Source of the DNA: an uncultured Acidimicrobiaceae bacterium
GTDB lineage: Bacteria > Actinomycetota > Acidimicrobiia > Acidimicrobiales > Salinilacustritrichaceae
DNA length: 64,000 bases
Assembly (NCBI GenBank): GCA_963800295.1
Contig: CAWDAJ010000004.1
Span: 60,953 to 124,952, forward strand
Direction: 5' to 3'
Below are positions 31,901 through 40,303 of this stretch, piece after piece. Each line of letters starts with the position of its first letter. Position 1 is the stretch's first letter. The translations under genes were made by a program, and so were the position numbers. A model generated the notes under the pieces. The model saw nothing but the letters and a program-made list of their open reading frames with translations, was not told the DNA's origin and ran no database searches.

Positions 31901-32180
31901 AGAACAGGTCGAGGCGCAGCTCGACGGTGCGGCCCGTCCACTCATCGGGCACCTGTCCCTGGAGGCGGAACCACGTGGTGCCCCACGGCTTGCCCCAACG
32001 CCCGCCGACCTCGAACGGGGCGAAGTCGGCCGACCGGGCATCGGCCACCGGCACCGGCTCTCCGGGCACCTCCCACGCCGACACCTCCAACGGCGCCGCG
32101 GCGCCGTACACCGTTGGTCGGATGCGGTCGCTGATCGTGCGTCGGAGGCGGGTCTCGGCGAGCTCTCGGCGGTCGTGCAT
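28983..32180 (-). CDS. Alpha-mannosidase, glycoside hydrolase family 38
   Basis: [63 protein letters not shown]. The start is placed at [12 protein letters not shown] (32180). It contains an in-frame tandem repeat at 30181-30300. Confidence 0.9.
   Translation of the reverse strand: [1065 protein letters not shown]
30181..30300. repeat. Two tandem 63-bp imperfectly palindromic units inside the GH38 coding sequence
   Basis: ccgttccggggtacgagatctgttccagacgacgaacccggtatcccagaa (30181-) matches ccgttctggggtacgaggtctgttccagacgacagatccggtgtcccggaa (30244-) with a 63-nt period. The units are translated as [10 protein letters not shown]... and [10 protein letters not shown].... Confidence 0.85.
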
Positions 32181-32227
32181 CGTCGCCGACCATAGGGCGG
32201 ACCGGGCACGTCGTCTCGCCCCACCCC

Positions 32228-32263
32228 TTGTCAACGTACCGCTCGATAACTATCGTTATTATC
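32228..32263 (+). promoter_or_regulatory. Candidate promoter (TTGTCA-17 nt-TATCGT) overlapped by an AT-rich Fur-box-like operator GATAACTATCGTTATTATC
   Basis: A 19-nt AT-rich segment stands out in a ~70% GC genome. It matches the classical Fur box GATAATGATAATCATTATC at 13/19 positions and contains the ATAAC-N4-GTTAT inverted repeat. It lies 84 nt upstream of the diiron gene. Confidence 0.45.
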
Positions 32264-32346
32264 ACGCGCCGCGACCGGACCTTCTGCCGTCCGGTCCACG
32301 CACGGATCCGCCACCGCCCGCGACCCACCCCTGGGGGAGATACGAC

Positions 32347-33489
32347 ATGGCCCGCACCGACTCCGAGATCCTCGGACGTGACGACGTCAACGACCTCGAC
32401 GCCATCCTCGAGATGACCAACACCGAGAAGGACGAGGTCATCCACACCGTCCAGGACAACGCCGATGCGCTGTTCACCTGGGACTACGAGCGTTCGCGCA
32501 CGCCGCTGATCAAGCTGTACGAGAAGGCCAAGTCCTCGCAGTGGAACGGCGAGACCGACCTCGACTGGTCCATCGACGTCGACCAGTACAAGCTGGCCGC
32601 CGAGAGCCCGATGACCCCCACGGTCGAGGGTTGGGCGGCGCTCGGCGCCGACTTCACCGGTACCTCGTTCGAGAAGTGGACGAACAAGGAGTGGCTCGAC
32701 TTCCAGGTCGAGACGCAGAACTGGAGCCTGTCGCAGTTCATGCACGGCGAGCAGGGCGCTCTGATCTGCACGGCCAAGATCGTCGAGACCGTGCCGTGGA
32801 TCGACGCCAAGTACTACGCCGCCACGCAGGTGATGGACGAGGCCCGCCACGTCGAGGTCTTCGCGAAGTACCTCGACACCAAGCTGTCGGGCCACTACCC
32901 CATCAACCACCACCTCAAGATGCTCCTGGACGACATCATCCAGGACAGCCGGTGGGACATGACCTACCTGGGCATGCAGATCATGGTCGAGGGCCTGGCC
33001 CTGGCCGCGTTCGGCATGGCCATGCAGACCACCGACGACCCGCTGCTCAAGCAGCTGCTCCGCTACGTCATGTCCGACGAGGCCCGCCACGTGGCCTTCG
33101 GCGTCCTGTCGCTCAAGGAGTACTACGAGGGTCTCTCCGACAAGGAGATGCTCGACCGCCAGGAGTTCGCCTTCGAGGCCGCCGTCCGCATGCGCGACCG
33201 CTTCCTCCAGCAGGAGGTCTGGGACCGCCTGGGCGTCCCGGTGAAGGAAGCCATCTCGATCTTCAAGCAGGACGATCCCGAGCTCAAGAACCAGGACCCG
33301 TTCCAGCAGCTCCTGTTCTCCAAGATCGTCCCCAACTGCAAGAAGCTCGGTCTGCTCGACGCCAACGACGGCTGGTTGCGCAAGCGCTTCGACACGCTCG
33401 GCGTCACCCAGTTCGAGGACTGGGTCGACACCGGCGAGGAGTACGAGATGCTCGACGAGGTGGCCAAGGACCGCGCCGAAGGCGCCTGA
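32347..33489 (+). CDS. Ferritin-like diiron-carboxylate protein (R2/AurF-like oxygenase fold)
   Basis: Two EXXH motifs (VMDEARHVEVF and MSDEARHVAFG), with additional Glu in HGEQGALI and IMVEGLALAAF, give a four-helix-bundle diiron ligand set. Confidence 0.75.
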   Translation: MARTDSEILGRDDVNDLDAILEMTNTEKDEVIHTVQDNADALFTWDYERSRTPLIKLYEKAKSSQWNGETDLDWSIDVDQYKLAAESPMTPTVEGWAALGADFTGTSFEKWTNKEWLDFQVETQNWSLSQFMHGEQGALICTAKIVETVPWIDAKYYAATQVMDEARHVEVFAKYLDTKLSGHYPINHHLKMLLDDIIQDSRWDMTYLGMQIMVEGLALAAFGMAMQTTDDPLLKQLLRYVMSDEARHVAFGVLSLKEYYEGLSDKEMLDRQEFAFEAAVRMRDRFLQQEVWDRLGVPVKEAISIFKQDDPELKNQDPFQQLLFSKIVPNCKKLGLLDANDGWLRKRFDTLGVTQFEDWVDTGEEYEMLDEVAKDRAEGA

Positions 33490-33497
33490 GTCTGATG

Positions 33498-33530
33498 CGG
33501 CTGCGTCTCGGGAGTTCCGAGGCGCAGCCG
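33498..33530 (+). terminator. GC-rich hairpin downstream of the diiron gene
   Basis: cggctgcgtctcgg-gagtt-ccgaggcgcagccg (13/14 paired) begins 9 nt after the stop. A second small hairpin, ggcccctccggggcc, follows. Confidence 0.55.
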
Positions 33531-33615
33531 AGGCAACTCCAGAAGTGAGGAGGCCCCTCCGGGGCCGACGAACGACGCGCCCCGTCGTCGCGTCGTCGCA
33601 GGTACCGTCGCCGGG

Positions 33616-34299
33616 GTGGGGTATCGGGTGCGACGCCGGCGGCGATGGGGGGCGATGCTCCTCGCCGCCATCGCGCTGACCGCCTGTGGGGGCGACGACG
33701 GTTCCGCACCGCCCACCACCACGGAAGCGCCGGCCACCACCGCGCCGGCGACCACGACCACCGAGGCGTCGTCGGTCGACGTCATGGCGGCGCTGGTGAA
33801 GGCGGGCGACCTCCCCGAGACCTGGCGTGCCGCCGACGACGAGGTCGGACAGGTCGACCTGGCCACCGGCTTCTGCGGGCGGTTCGTGTCGGTCCGGCAC
33901 CTCGAGTCGGTGCGCACCCGCCCCTTCGCGGCCAGCGACACCGGCCCCTGGATCGTGTCCGGGGTGGCGGTGTTCGACACCGGCGGCGCCGCCGGCGACT
34001 ACCTCGATGCGGTGGCGAACACCGCTGACTGTCCCGAGTGGACCGACGACTCCGGCGCGCACAACGCCGTGCAGTCCGCGCCGGAACCGGACGAGTCCGG
34101 CGTCGACCAGGCACGTGCCTTCCGACAGACCGTCGCGGTCGACACCGCGTCGTTCGCCATCGACATCGCCTACCTCCGCTCCGACCGCGCGATCGCGTTC
34201 CTCACCCGGACGGCGCGGACCGACGCACCGACCGACGTCGACTGGGGTGCGCTCATATCGCTGGCGGCGACGCGTCTCCCCGGCGCGGTCGAGCAGTGA
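33616..34299 (+). CDS. Hypothetical lipoprotein
   Basis: Lipobox LLAAIALTACGG, then a Thr/Pro/Ala linker and a ~170-aa domain with two Cys. I recognise no family. Confidence 0.6.
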   Translation: MGYRVRRRRRWGAMLLAAIALTACGGDDGSAPPTTTEAPATTAPATTTTEASSVDVMAALVKAGDLPETWRAADDEVGQVDLATGFCGRFVSVRHLESVRTRPFAASDTGPWIVSGVAVFDTGGAAGDYLDAVANTADCPEWTDDSGAHNAVQSAPEPDESGVDQARAFRQTVAVDTASFAIDIAYLRSDRAIAFLTRTARTDAPTDVDWGALISLAATRLPGAVEQ

Positions 34300-35576
34300 T
34301 CTCGTCCGGGCCACGGTTCGAGCTGCGCGCCCGGCGCGGTCATCCCGACTTCCTCGACCTGCCGTGGGACCGACCCCTGGAAGCGTGGACCGTCGGGTCC
34401 ACAGGCGGGCGCTTGGCCCGCATGGCGCACGGCGTCTCCCGTCACGTGGTGCGCTTCGTGGCCTACGACGACCGGGTGTACGCCCTCAAGTCCACCGCGG
34501 AGCGGGCGGCCCGGCGCGAGTACGGGCTCCTGCGCGAGCTCGCCGAGGTGGGTCTGCCGGTGGTCGAGGCGGTCGGCGTGGTGACCGGCCGGACCGGTGC
34601 GAACGGCGACGAGCTGGGGGCGGTGCTCATCACCCGCTACCTCGACTTCGCCCTGCCGTACCGCTACCTGTTCGGCAACCCGAACGGGCTCGACCTGCGG
34701 TCACGGCTCGTGGACGCCGGCGTGATCCTGCTCGCCCGGCTGCACCTCGAGGGCTTCTTCTGGGGCGACTGCTCGCTCAACAACATCCTGTTCCGGCGCG
34801 ACGCCGGGGCCCTGATGGCGTACCTGGTCGACGCCGAGACCGGCGAGCGCCACGCCACGATCACCGATGCCTTGCGTGAGCACGACCTGGAGATCGCCGG
34901 CACCAACATCGCTGGCGACCTCAGCGACCTGATCGCCGCCGGCCGCATCCCCGAGATCGACGTGGCCTCGGCCGTCGACGAGTTCACCGCCCGCTACCGG
35001 CAGCTCTGGGACGAGCTGACCCGGCCCGAGGAGTACGCCGCCGACGACCGCCACCGGATCGAGGAGCGCATCCGCCGGCTGGAGGACCTCGGCTTCGACG
35101 TCGCCGAGGTCACCCTGAGCCCCGAGCGAGGCGGGTCGACCATTCGCATGCAGCCCGCGCTGCTGGAGGAGGGTCATCACTCGCGCGAGCTCGAGCGGTT
35201 GACCGGGTTGTCGGTGCAGGAGAACCAGGCTCGCCGCCTCCTGGGGGACATCACCTCGTGGCGCGCCCACCTGGAGCGGGTCGACGGGAAGCCGGTGCCG
35301 CTCGCAGTGGCGGCCGCCCGCTGGCTGACCGAGGTCTACGCACCGCAGATCGACGCCGTCCCCGCCGACCTCGCCGATCGCCTCGAGCCGGCCGAGCTGT
35401 TCCACGAGCTGCTCGAGCACCGCTGGTTCCTCTCCGAGCAGCGCGGCGACGCCGTGAGCACCGAGGACGCGCTCGCCGACTACCTCGCCCTGCTGGAGAC
35501 CAGACCGGTCGAGCGGGTGGTCGGCGAAGCCGACGGTGGCTCGCCGGTGTCCGACGAGGGCCGGGGGCCGCCCTGA
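34296..35576 (+). CDS. DUF4032 domain protein (kinase-like fold)
   Basis: GTGA overlap with the upstream stop. SRHVVRFVAYDDRVYALK, EYGLLRELAEVGLPVVE, HLEGFFWGDCSLNNILFRRDAG, YLVDAETGE. This layout is characteristic of actinobacterial DUF4032 proteins. Confidence 0.7.
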   Translation: MISSGPRFELRARRGHPDFLDLPWDRPLEAWTVGSTGGRLARMAHGVSRHVVRFVAYDDRVYALKSTAERAARREYGLLRELAEVGLPVVEAVGVVTGRTGANGDELGAVLITRYLDFALPYRYLFGNPNGLDLRSRLVDAGVILLARLHLEGFFWGDCSLNNILFRRDAGALMAYLVDAETGERHATITDALREHDLEIAGTNIAGDLSDLIAAGRIPEIDVASAVDEFTARYRQLWDELTRPEEYAADDRHRIEERIRRLEDLGFDVAEVTLSPERGGSTIRMQPALLEEGHHSRELERLTGLSVQENQARRLLGDITSWRAHLERVDGKPVPLAVAAARWLTEVYAPQIDAVPADLADRLEPAELFHELLEHRWFLSEQRGDAVSTEDALADYLALLETRPVERVVGEADGGSPVSDEGRGPP

Positions 35577-35606
35577 GTGCCTCGCCACGGGCCGGCGTGG
35601 GCCACG

Positions 35607-35888
35607 ATGGTGACCATGGAAGACGAACTCGAGGTCCTGCGTCGACAGATCGACGCCGTCGACGAGCGCTTCGTCGCGCTGCTCGCCGAGCGCTTCCGGA
35701 TCACCCGCAAGGTCGGTCGCATCAAGGCCGACCGCGGCCTACCGGCGCAGGACGCCGTGCGCGAAGCCCAGATCGACGCCAAGGTCCGCCGCCTCGCCGC
35801 CGAGTACGAGCTGGACGAGGGCCTGGTCTCCGACGTGCTGCGCGCCGTGATCGACCGGGTCGTCGCCGAACACCGCGAGCTGCGCTGA
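35607..35888 (+). CDS. Chorismate mutase (AroQ class)
   Basis: LEVLRRQIDAVDERFVALLAERFRITRKVGRIKADRGLPAQDAVREAQ is the typical AroQ helix 1-2 signature. The start could be as early as GTG 35577. Confidence 0.85.
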   Translation: MVTMEDELEVLRRQIDAVDERFVALLAERFRITRKVGRIKADRGLPAQDAVREAQIDAKVRRLAAEYELDEGLVSDVLRAVIDRVVAEHRELR

Positions 35889-35941
35889 CCAGGTCCGGAT
35901 ACTCGCTGGACCGCGCCGCCGGCGGCGAGCACGCTCGTGCC

Positions 35942-36508
35942 ATGCCGCACCGCACCACTGCCGAGCTCGAGGCCGCGCTGGAGCACTTCCGGGCCTCACC
36001 CACCGACGCCGGCACGCTCGAGCTGGTGGTGCGCCGGCCCGGCGAAGGACTGCGCGAGGTGCTCGGCGTCGGCGAGCTGTCGACCGGCGAGGGACTGGTG
36101 GGCGACACGTGGTCGCAGCGATCGAGCCGGCGTACCCCCGACGGCTCGCCGCACCCCGACATGCAGCTCAACATCATGAACGTGCGGGTGGCGCGATTCC
36201 TGGCCGGCGCCGACGAGCGCATCCCGCTCGCCGGCGACCAGCTCTTCGTCGATCTGGACATCTCGGCCGCCAACCTGCCAGCGGGCACCCATCTCGCCAT
36301 CGGCAGAGCGGTCATCGAGATCACGGACCAGCCGCACACCGGATGTGCCAAGTTCGCGGAACGCTTCGGTCGCGAGGCGTTGCGCTTCGTGAACTCGCCC
36401 GTGGGCAAGGAGCTGCACCTGCGTGGGATCAACGCGCGAGTCGTCGTCGCGGGTGCCGTTCGCCCTGGCGACCGCATCACCAAGCAACCGGTGATCGTGG
36501 CCCGCTGA
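35942..36508 (+). CDS. MOSC domain-containing protein
   Basis: 188 aa. GLVGDTW, QLNIMN, LFVDLDIS, and the conserved Cys context ITDQPHTGCAKFAERFG. Confidence 0.75.
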   Translation: MPHRTTAELEAALEHFRASPTDAGTLELVVRRPGEGLREVLGVGELSTGEGLVGDTWSQRSSRRTPDGSPHPDMQLNIMNVRVARFLAGADERIPLAGDQLFVDLDISAANLPAGTHLAIGRAVIEITDQPHTGCAKFAERFGREALRFVNSPVGKELHLRGINARVVVAGAVRPGDRITKQPVIVAR

Positions 36509-36549
36509 CGCACCGGTTGGCCGCTGAGCCCACGGGGTATGGGACAGCG

Positions 36550-37443
36550 ATGTCCCCCTCCTCGTACCTCGTACTCGCCAACGCCCAGGCCGGGAGCACC
36601 GAGCGCGACGTGGTGGCGACCGCGGTGGCCCGACTGGCCGAGGACGCACCGGTCCGGCTTCGCTGGACGGGCGATCCCGACGAGTTCCGCGACGCTGTGA
36701 CCCACGCAGGCCAGGGGACGCGCGTCGTCGTTGCCGGTGGCGACGGGTCGATCCACCTCGCCCTGCAGACGGTCGACGCGCTGGGCCGGGCCGACGATCC
36801 GATCGGCATCGTGCCCCTCGGCACGGGCAACGACTTCGCCCGCAACCACGACCTGCCGCTGGACCCGGCGAACGCGGCGGAGATCATCATCGACGGTTCG
36901 CCGACCCGGGTGGCGGCCATCGGGCTGCGGTGCGGGGACAGCTCCTCTCAGCTGGTGGCCAACAACATGCACGTCGGTCTCGGCGTCGACGCCGCCCGCA
37001 CAGCCAAGCGACTCAAGAGCGCGCTCGGACGCATGGCCTACCCGGTCGGCACCGCGATGGAAGGCGTGCGCAGCACCGGGGAAGAGCTCACCATCGTCGT
37101 CGACGGCGAACACGTGTGGGACGGCCCGCTGCTGGCGGTGCTGGTCCTCCTGGGCCCCAGCATGGGCGGCGGGAACGAGCTCGCTCCGACCACCGACGGC
37201 TGCGTCGACGTGGTCGTCATCGGCCCGGCCGCACCCCGTGAGCGCATCTCGCTGGTGCGCAGCGCCATCCGGTCGCAGCTGCCCGACGACGAGCACGTGC
37301 AGCGCTGGACCGGCGCGGCCGTGACCATCTCACGCCGCGGTGGCGTCGATGCCAACGTCGACGGCGAGCTGGTGCACCTCGAGAACCCGGTGGAGCTGAC
37401 CTACCACCCGGATGCGTGGTGCGTGCTGACCGGCGCCCGTTGA
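36550..37443 (+). CDS. Diacylglycerol kinase-family lipid kinase
   Basis: VVVAGGDGSIHLAL, IVPLGTGNDFAR, and the C-terminal DGELV motif. Confidence 0.85.
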   Translation: MSPSSYLVLANAQAGSTERDVVATAVARLAEDAPVRLRWTGDPDEFRDAVTHAGQGTRVVVAGGDGSIHLALQTVDALGRADDPIGIVPLGTGNDFARNHDLPLDPANAAEIIIDGSPTRVAAIGLRCGDSSSQLVANNMHVGLGVDAARTAKRLKSALGRMAYPVGTAMEGVRSTGEELTIVVDGEHVWDGPLLAVLVLLGPSMGGGNELAPTTDGCVDVVVIGPAAPRERISLVRSAIRSQLPDDEHVQRWTGAAVTISRRGGVDANVDGELVHLENPVELTYHPDAWCVLTGAR

Positions 37444-37456
37444 GCAGCGCCGGCGC

Positions 37457-38611
37457 TCAGAGCACGCCGTCGATGACCTGGATGGCCTTCTCCTCCATGC
37501 GCTGCAACAGGCCCCGGTCCTTCCAGCGCTCGGGATCGAGCTTCTCCGAGCGCCGGAGGTCCTCGTCCATCTGCGCGTCGAGCGTGGCCGTCAGGCCCTC
37601 GTCGCACACGACGAGGGCCACCTCGTCGTCGTATTCGGTGGAGCGCTGGTTGAAGTTGGCCGAGCCGATGGCGCTGATGGCGCCGTCGACGGTCACCACC
37701 TTGGTGTGGAGCATCGACGGCTGGAACGCGCACGTCGTCACGCCGGCATCGAGGACCTGCTCGTAGTCGGCCTCGCTGGCGATCTGGACGAACCGCTTGT
37801 CCATGTGCGGACCGGGCACGAGGATCTGCACGTCGACGCCCCGTTCGGAGGCTTCGCACAGCCGGCGGCTGATCTCCTCGTCGGGCGTGAAGTAGGCGGT
37901 GCTGATCCGCAGTTGTCGCTGTGCGGCATCGATGAGCACACGGAACAGGTTCCAGATGTCGCTGTTCCCTGCCTGGGCGACGCCCTTCACGACCTGGATG
38001 TCGATGTCGCCGTCGTGGGGCTGCTCGGGGAAGCGGTCGATGTCGACGTCGATGAGGTCGCGGCCGGTCTCCGCCCAGTTGTCGAGGAACGCGGCACGCA
38101 GGCCGTCGGTGGCGGGCCCGGTGATCCGGAAGTGGGTGTCACGCCACTCGGTCTCGTCGCGGGCGTCACCGTTCCACTCGTCGGCGATGCCGACGCCGCC
38201 GGTGAAGCTGACGACCTCGTCGCAGATCAGGACCTTGCGGTGCGTCCGGTTGTTGGCCTGGAGCACCTCCTCGGAGGTGATCGGCCGGAAGTAGCGAGCG
38301 TCGCATCCGGCGTCACGCATGAAGTCGACGATCTCCTCGTCGAGGTTCCATGCGCCGGCGGCATCGAGCAGGACGCGCACCCGCACGCCCTGCTCGGCGC
38401 GCGCGGCCAGCCTGCGGGCGAACTCCCAGGCGATGTCTCCGTTCCAGTAGATGAACGTGAGCAGATCGATCGACCGCTCGGCGGCGTCGATCGCCTCGAG
38501 CATGGCCGGGAAGATCTCGTTCCCGTTGTGCAACACGTCGACCGTGTTGCCGGACGTGAACGGCGAGCCGAGCACGGTTTCGAGGGTCCGGCGCGTACGG
38601 GCGAGGTCCAT
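37457..38611 (-). CDS. Phospholipase D-family protein (cardiolipin synthase ClsB-like, no TM helices)
   Basis: Two HKD motifs: NRTHRKVLICDEVVSFTGGVGIADEW and LHTKVVTVDGAISAIGSANFNQRS. Confidence 0.85.
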   Translation of the reverse strand: MDLARTRRTLETVLGSPFTSGNTVDVLHNGNEIFPAMLEAIDAAERSIDLLTFIYWNGDIAWEFARRLAARAEQGVRVRVLLDAAGAWNLDEEIVDFMRDAGCDARYFRPITSEEVLQANNRTHRKVLICDEVVSFTGGVGIADEWNGDARDETEWRDTHFRITGPATDGLRAAFLDNWAETGRDLIDVDIDRFPEQPHDGDIDIQVVKGVAQAGNSDIWNLFRVLIDAAQRQLRISTAYFTPDEEISRRLCEASERGVDVQILVPGPHMDKRFVQIASEADYEQVLDAGVTTCAFQPSMLHTKVVTVDGAISAIGSANFNQRSTEYDDEVALVVCDEGLTATLDAQMDEDLRRSEKLDPERWKDRGLLQRMEEKAIQVIDGVL

Positions 38612-38654
38612 GGCCGTCCCCTACCCGCCGCCAGTCGTCAGGATGCCTGGACGG

Positions 38655-39506
38655 TCAGTGGGCGTCGACGCGGGCGAGGCGTGCCCGGCCGCGCACGCCG
38701 GTGGCCGCCAATGCCACGGCGAAGCAGGCGCCTCCGACCAGCACGATGGTGGGTCCGGAGGCCACGTCGAGGTGGTAGCTCAGGTTCATCCCGACGAAGC
38801 CGCAGAACGCGCCGATCAGGGCCGACAGCCACAACATGGCGGCGAACGACGAGGTGAGCATGCGGGCGACCACGGCAGGCACCACCAGTGCGGCGGCGAT
38901 GAGGGTGACCCCCATGACGTTCATCGTCGCCAGGATCGACGCCGCCAGGACCAGCATCAGCAGGGCGTCGATGCGAGCCACGGGGACGCCCGACGCCTCG
39001 GCCACCTCGGGGTCGAACGTGACGAACAGCATCGCCCGGTAGCGCAGCACCACCACGGCGACGGCGAAGACCGTGACGCCGACGATGATCCACACGTCGG
39101 CCTGCGACACGCCCAGCACGTTGCCGAACAGGGCGGCCTCGGCGTCGACGTTGGCGCCACCGCCCAGCTGCAGCACGGCGAGGCCGAAGGCGAACGATGC
39201 GGTGGTGATCACGCCGATGGCGGCGTCGGACCCGATGGGCCGACGGCGGGTCACCGAGGACACCGCCATGGCCGAGGCAAGGCCCCACAGGCCGGCGCCC
39301 ACGAACAGGTTCACACCGGCCAGCGCCGAGACGGCGAACCCTCCGAAGATGGCGTGGCTGAGCCCGTGGCCGATGTAGCTCATCGATCGGAGCACGACGT
39401 ACACGCCGATGAGGCCACACAACGCACCGGCGATGGTGGCCACCAGCAGCCCGTTCCGGAAGAACTCGAACTGGAAGGGACGGACGAGCTCGCTCAGGCT
39501 GATCAT
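38655..39506 (-). CDS. Metal (Zn/Mn) ABC transporter permease
   Basis: MISLSELVRPFQFEFFRNGLLVATIAG..., SYIGHGLSHAIFGG; a ZnuB/MntB-type 8-9 TM protein. Its ATGA start overlaps the ATPase stop. Confidence 0.85.
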   Translation of the reverse strand: MISLSELVRPFQFEFFRNGLLVATIAGALCGLIGVYVVLRSMSYIGHGLSHAIFGGFAVSALAGVNLFVGAGLWGLASAMAVSSVTRRRPIGSDAAIGVITTASFAFGLAVLQLGGGANVDAEAALFGNVLGVSQADVWIIVGVTVFAVAVVVLRYRAMLFVTFDPEVAEASGVPVARIDALLMLVLAASILATMNVMGVTLIAAALVVPAVVARMLTSSFAAMLWLSALIGAFCGFVGMNLSYHLDVASGPTIVLVGGACFAVALAATGVRGRARLARVDAH

Positions 39507-40303
39507 GCCGACCGGTCCCTGCGGCTGCGCAGATCGAGCACGTCGGCATCGACGGGGACGTCGACCACCACGCGCATCCCGCCGTGCTCCAGGACCTCCA
39601 TCGGCGACCCGTAGGTGCGCTCGAGCACCTCGGGCACGAGGACCTCGTGTGGTTCGCCGACGCCGAGCACGGTCCCGTTCAGGCACACGAGCTCGGGCAG
39701 GTGGGCGGCGATCCCGTTGAGGTCGTGCGTGGTCAGCACGATGGTGAGTCCTCGCCGGTGGAGATCGCCGAGCAGGTGCAGGATCTCGTGACGGGTGCGG
39801 ACGTCGACGCCGGAGGTCGGCTCGTCGAGGAGCAGCAGGTCGGGTTCGGACAGCAGGGCACGGGCCAGGAACACCCGTTGTTGCTGGCCACCGGACAGCG
39901 CTCGGATGTGGCGACCGGCCAGCTCACCGATGCCCAGCTGGTCGAGCACCCGTTGCACGTCGGCCTTCTCCTGCTTGGAGGCCCACGGAAGGATGCGACC
40001 GCGAACGCGGGACATGAGCACGCACTCGGCCACGGTGACGGGAAAGTCCCAGTTGATCTGCTCGACCTGCGGCACGTAGGCGATCCGTGTGGCGGGCGAT
40101 CGTTCGACCGAGCCCGCCGCGGGCGCGACCGCACCCAGCAGCACCCGCAGAAGCGTGGACTTGCCCGAACCCGAGGGACCGACGATGCCGACGAAGTCAC
40201 CGCGGGCGACGTGCAGGTCGATGTCGTGGAGCACGGTGGTCCGGTCGTAGGCGGCGGACACTCCGTCGAGGGACAGCAACAGCTGCGGGAGCGTGCGGCT
40301 CAT
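39503..40303 (-). CDS. Metal ABC transporter ATP-binding protein
   Basis: Walker A GPSGSGKST, signature LSGGQQQRVFLARAL, Walker B LLLLDEPTSGVD. Confidence 0.9.
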   Translation of the reverse strand: MSRTLPQLLLSLDGVSAAYDRTTVLHDIDLHVARGDFVGIVGPSGSGKSTLLRVLLGAVAPAAGSVERSPATRIAYVPQVEQINWDFPVTVAECVLMSRVRGRILPWASKQEKADVQRVLDQLGIGELAGRHIRALSGGQQQRVFLARALLSEPDLLLLDEPTSGVDVRTRHEILHLLGDLHRRGLTIVLTTHDLNGIAAHLPELVCLNGTVLGVGEPHEVLVPEVLERTYGSPMEVLEHGGMRVVVDVPVDADVLDLRSRRDRSA

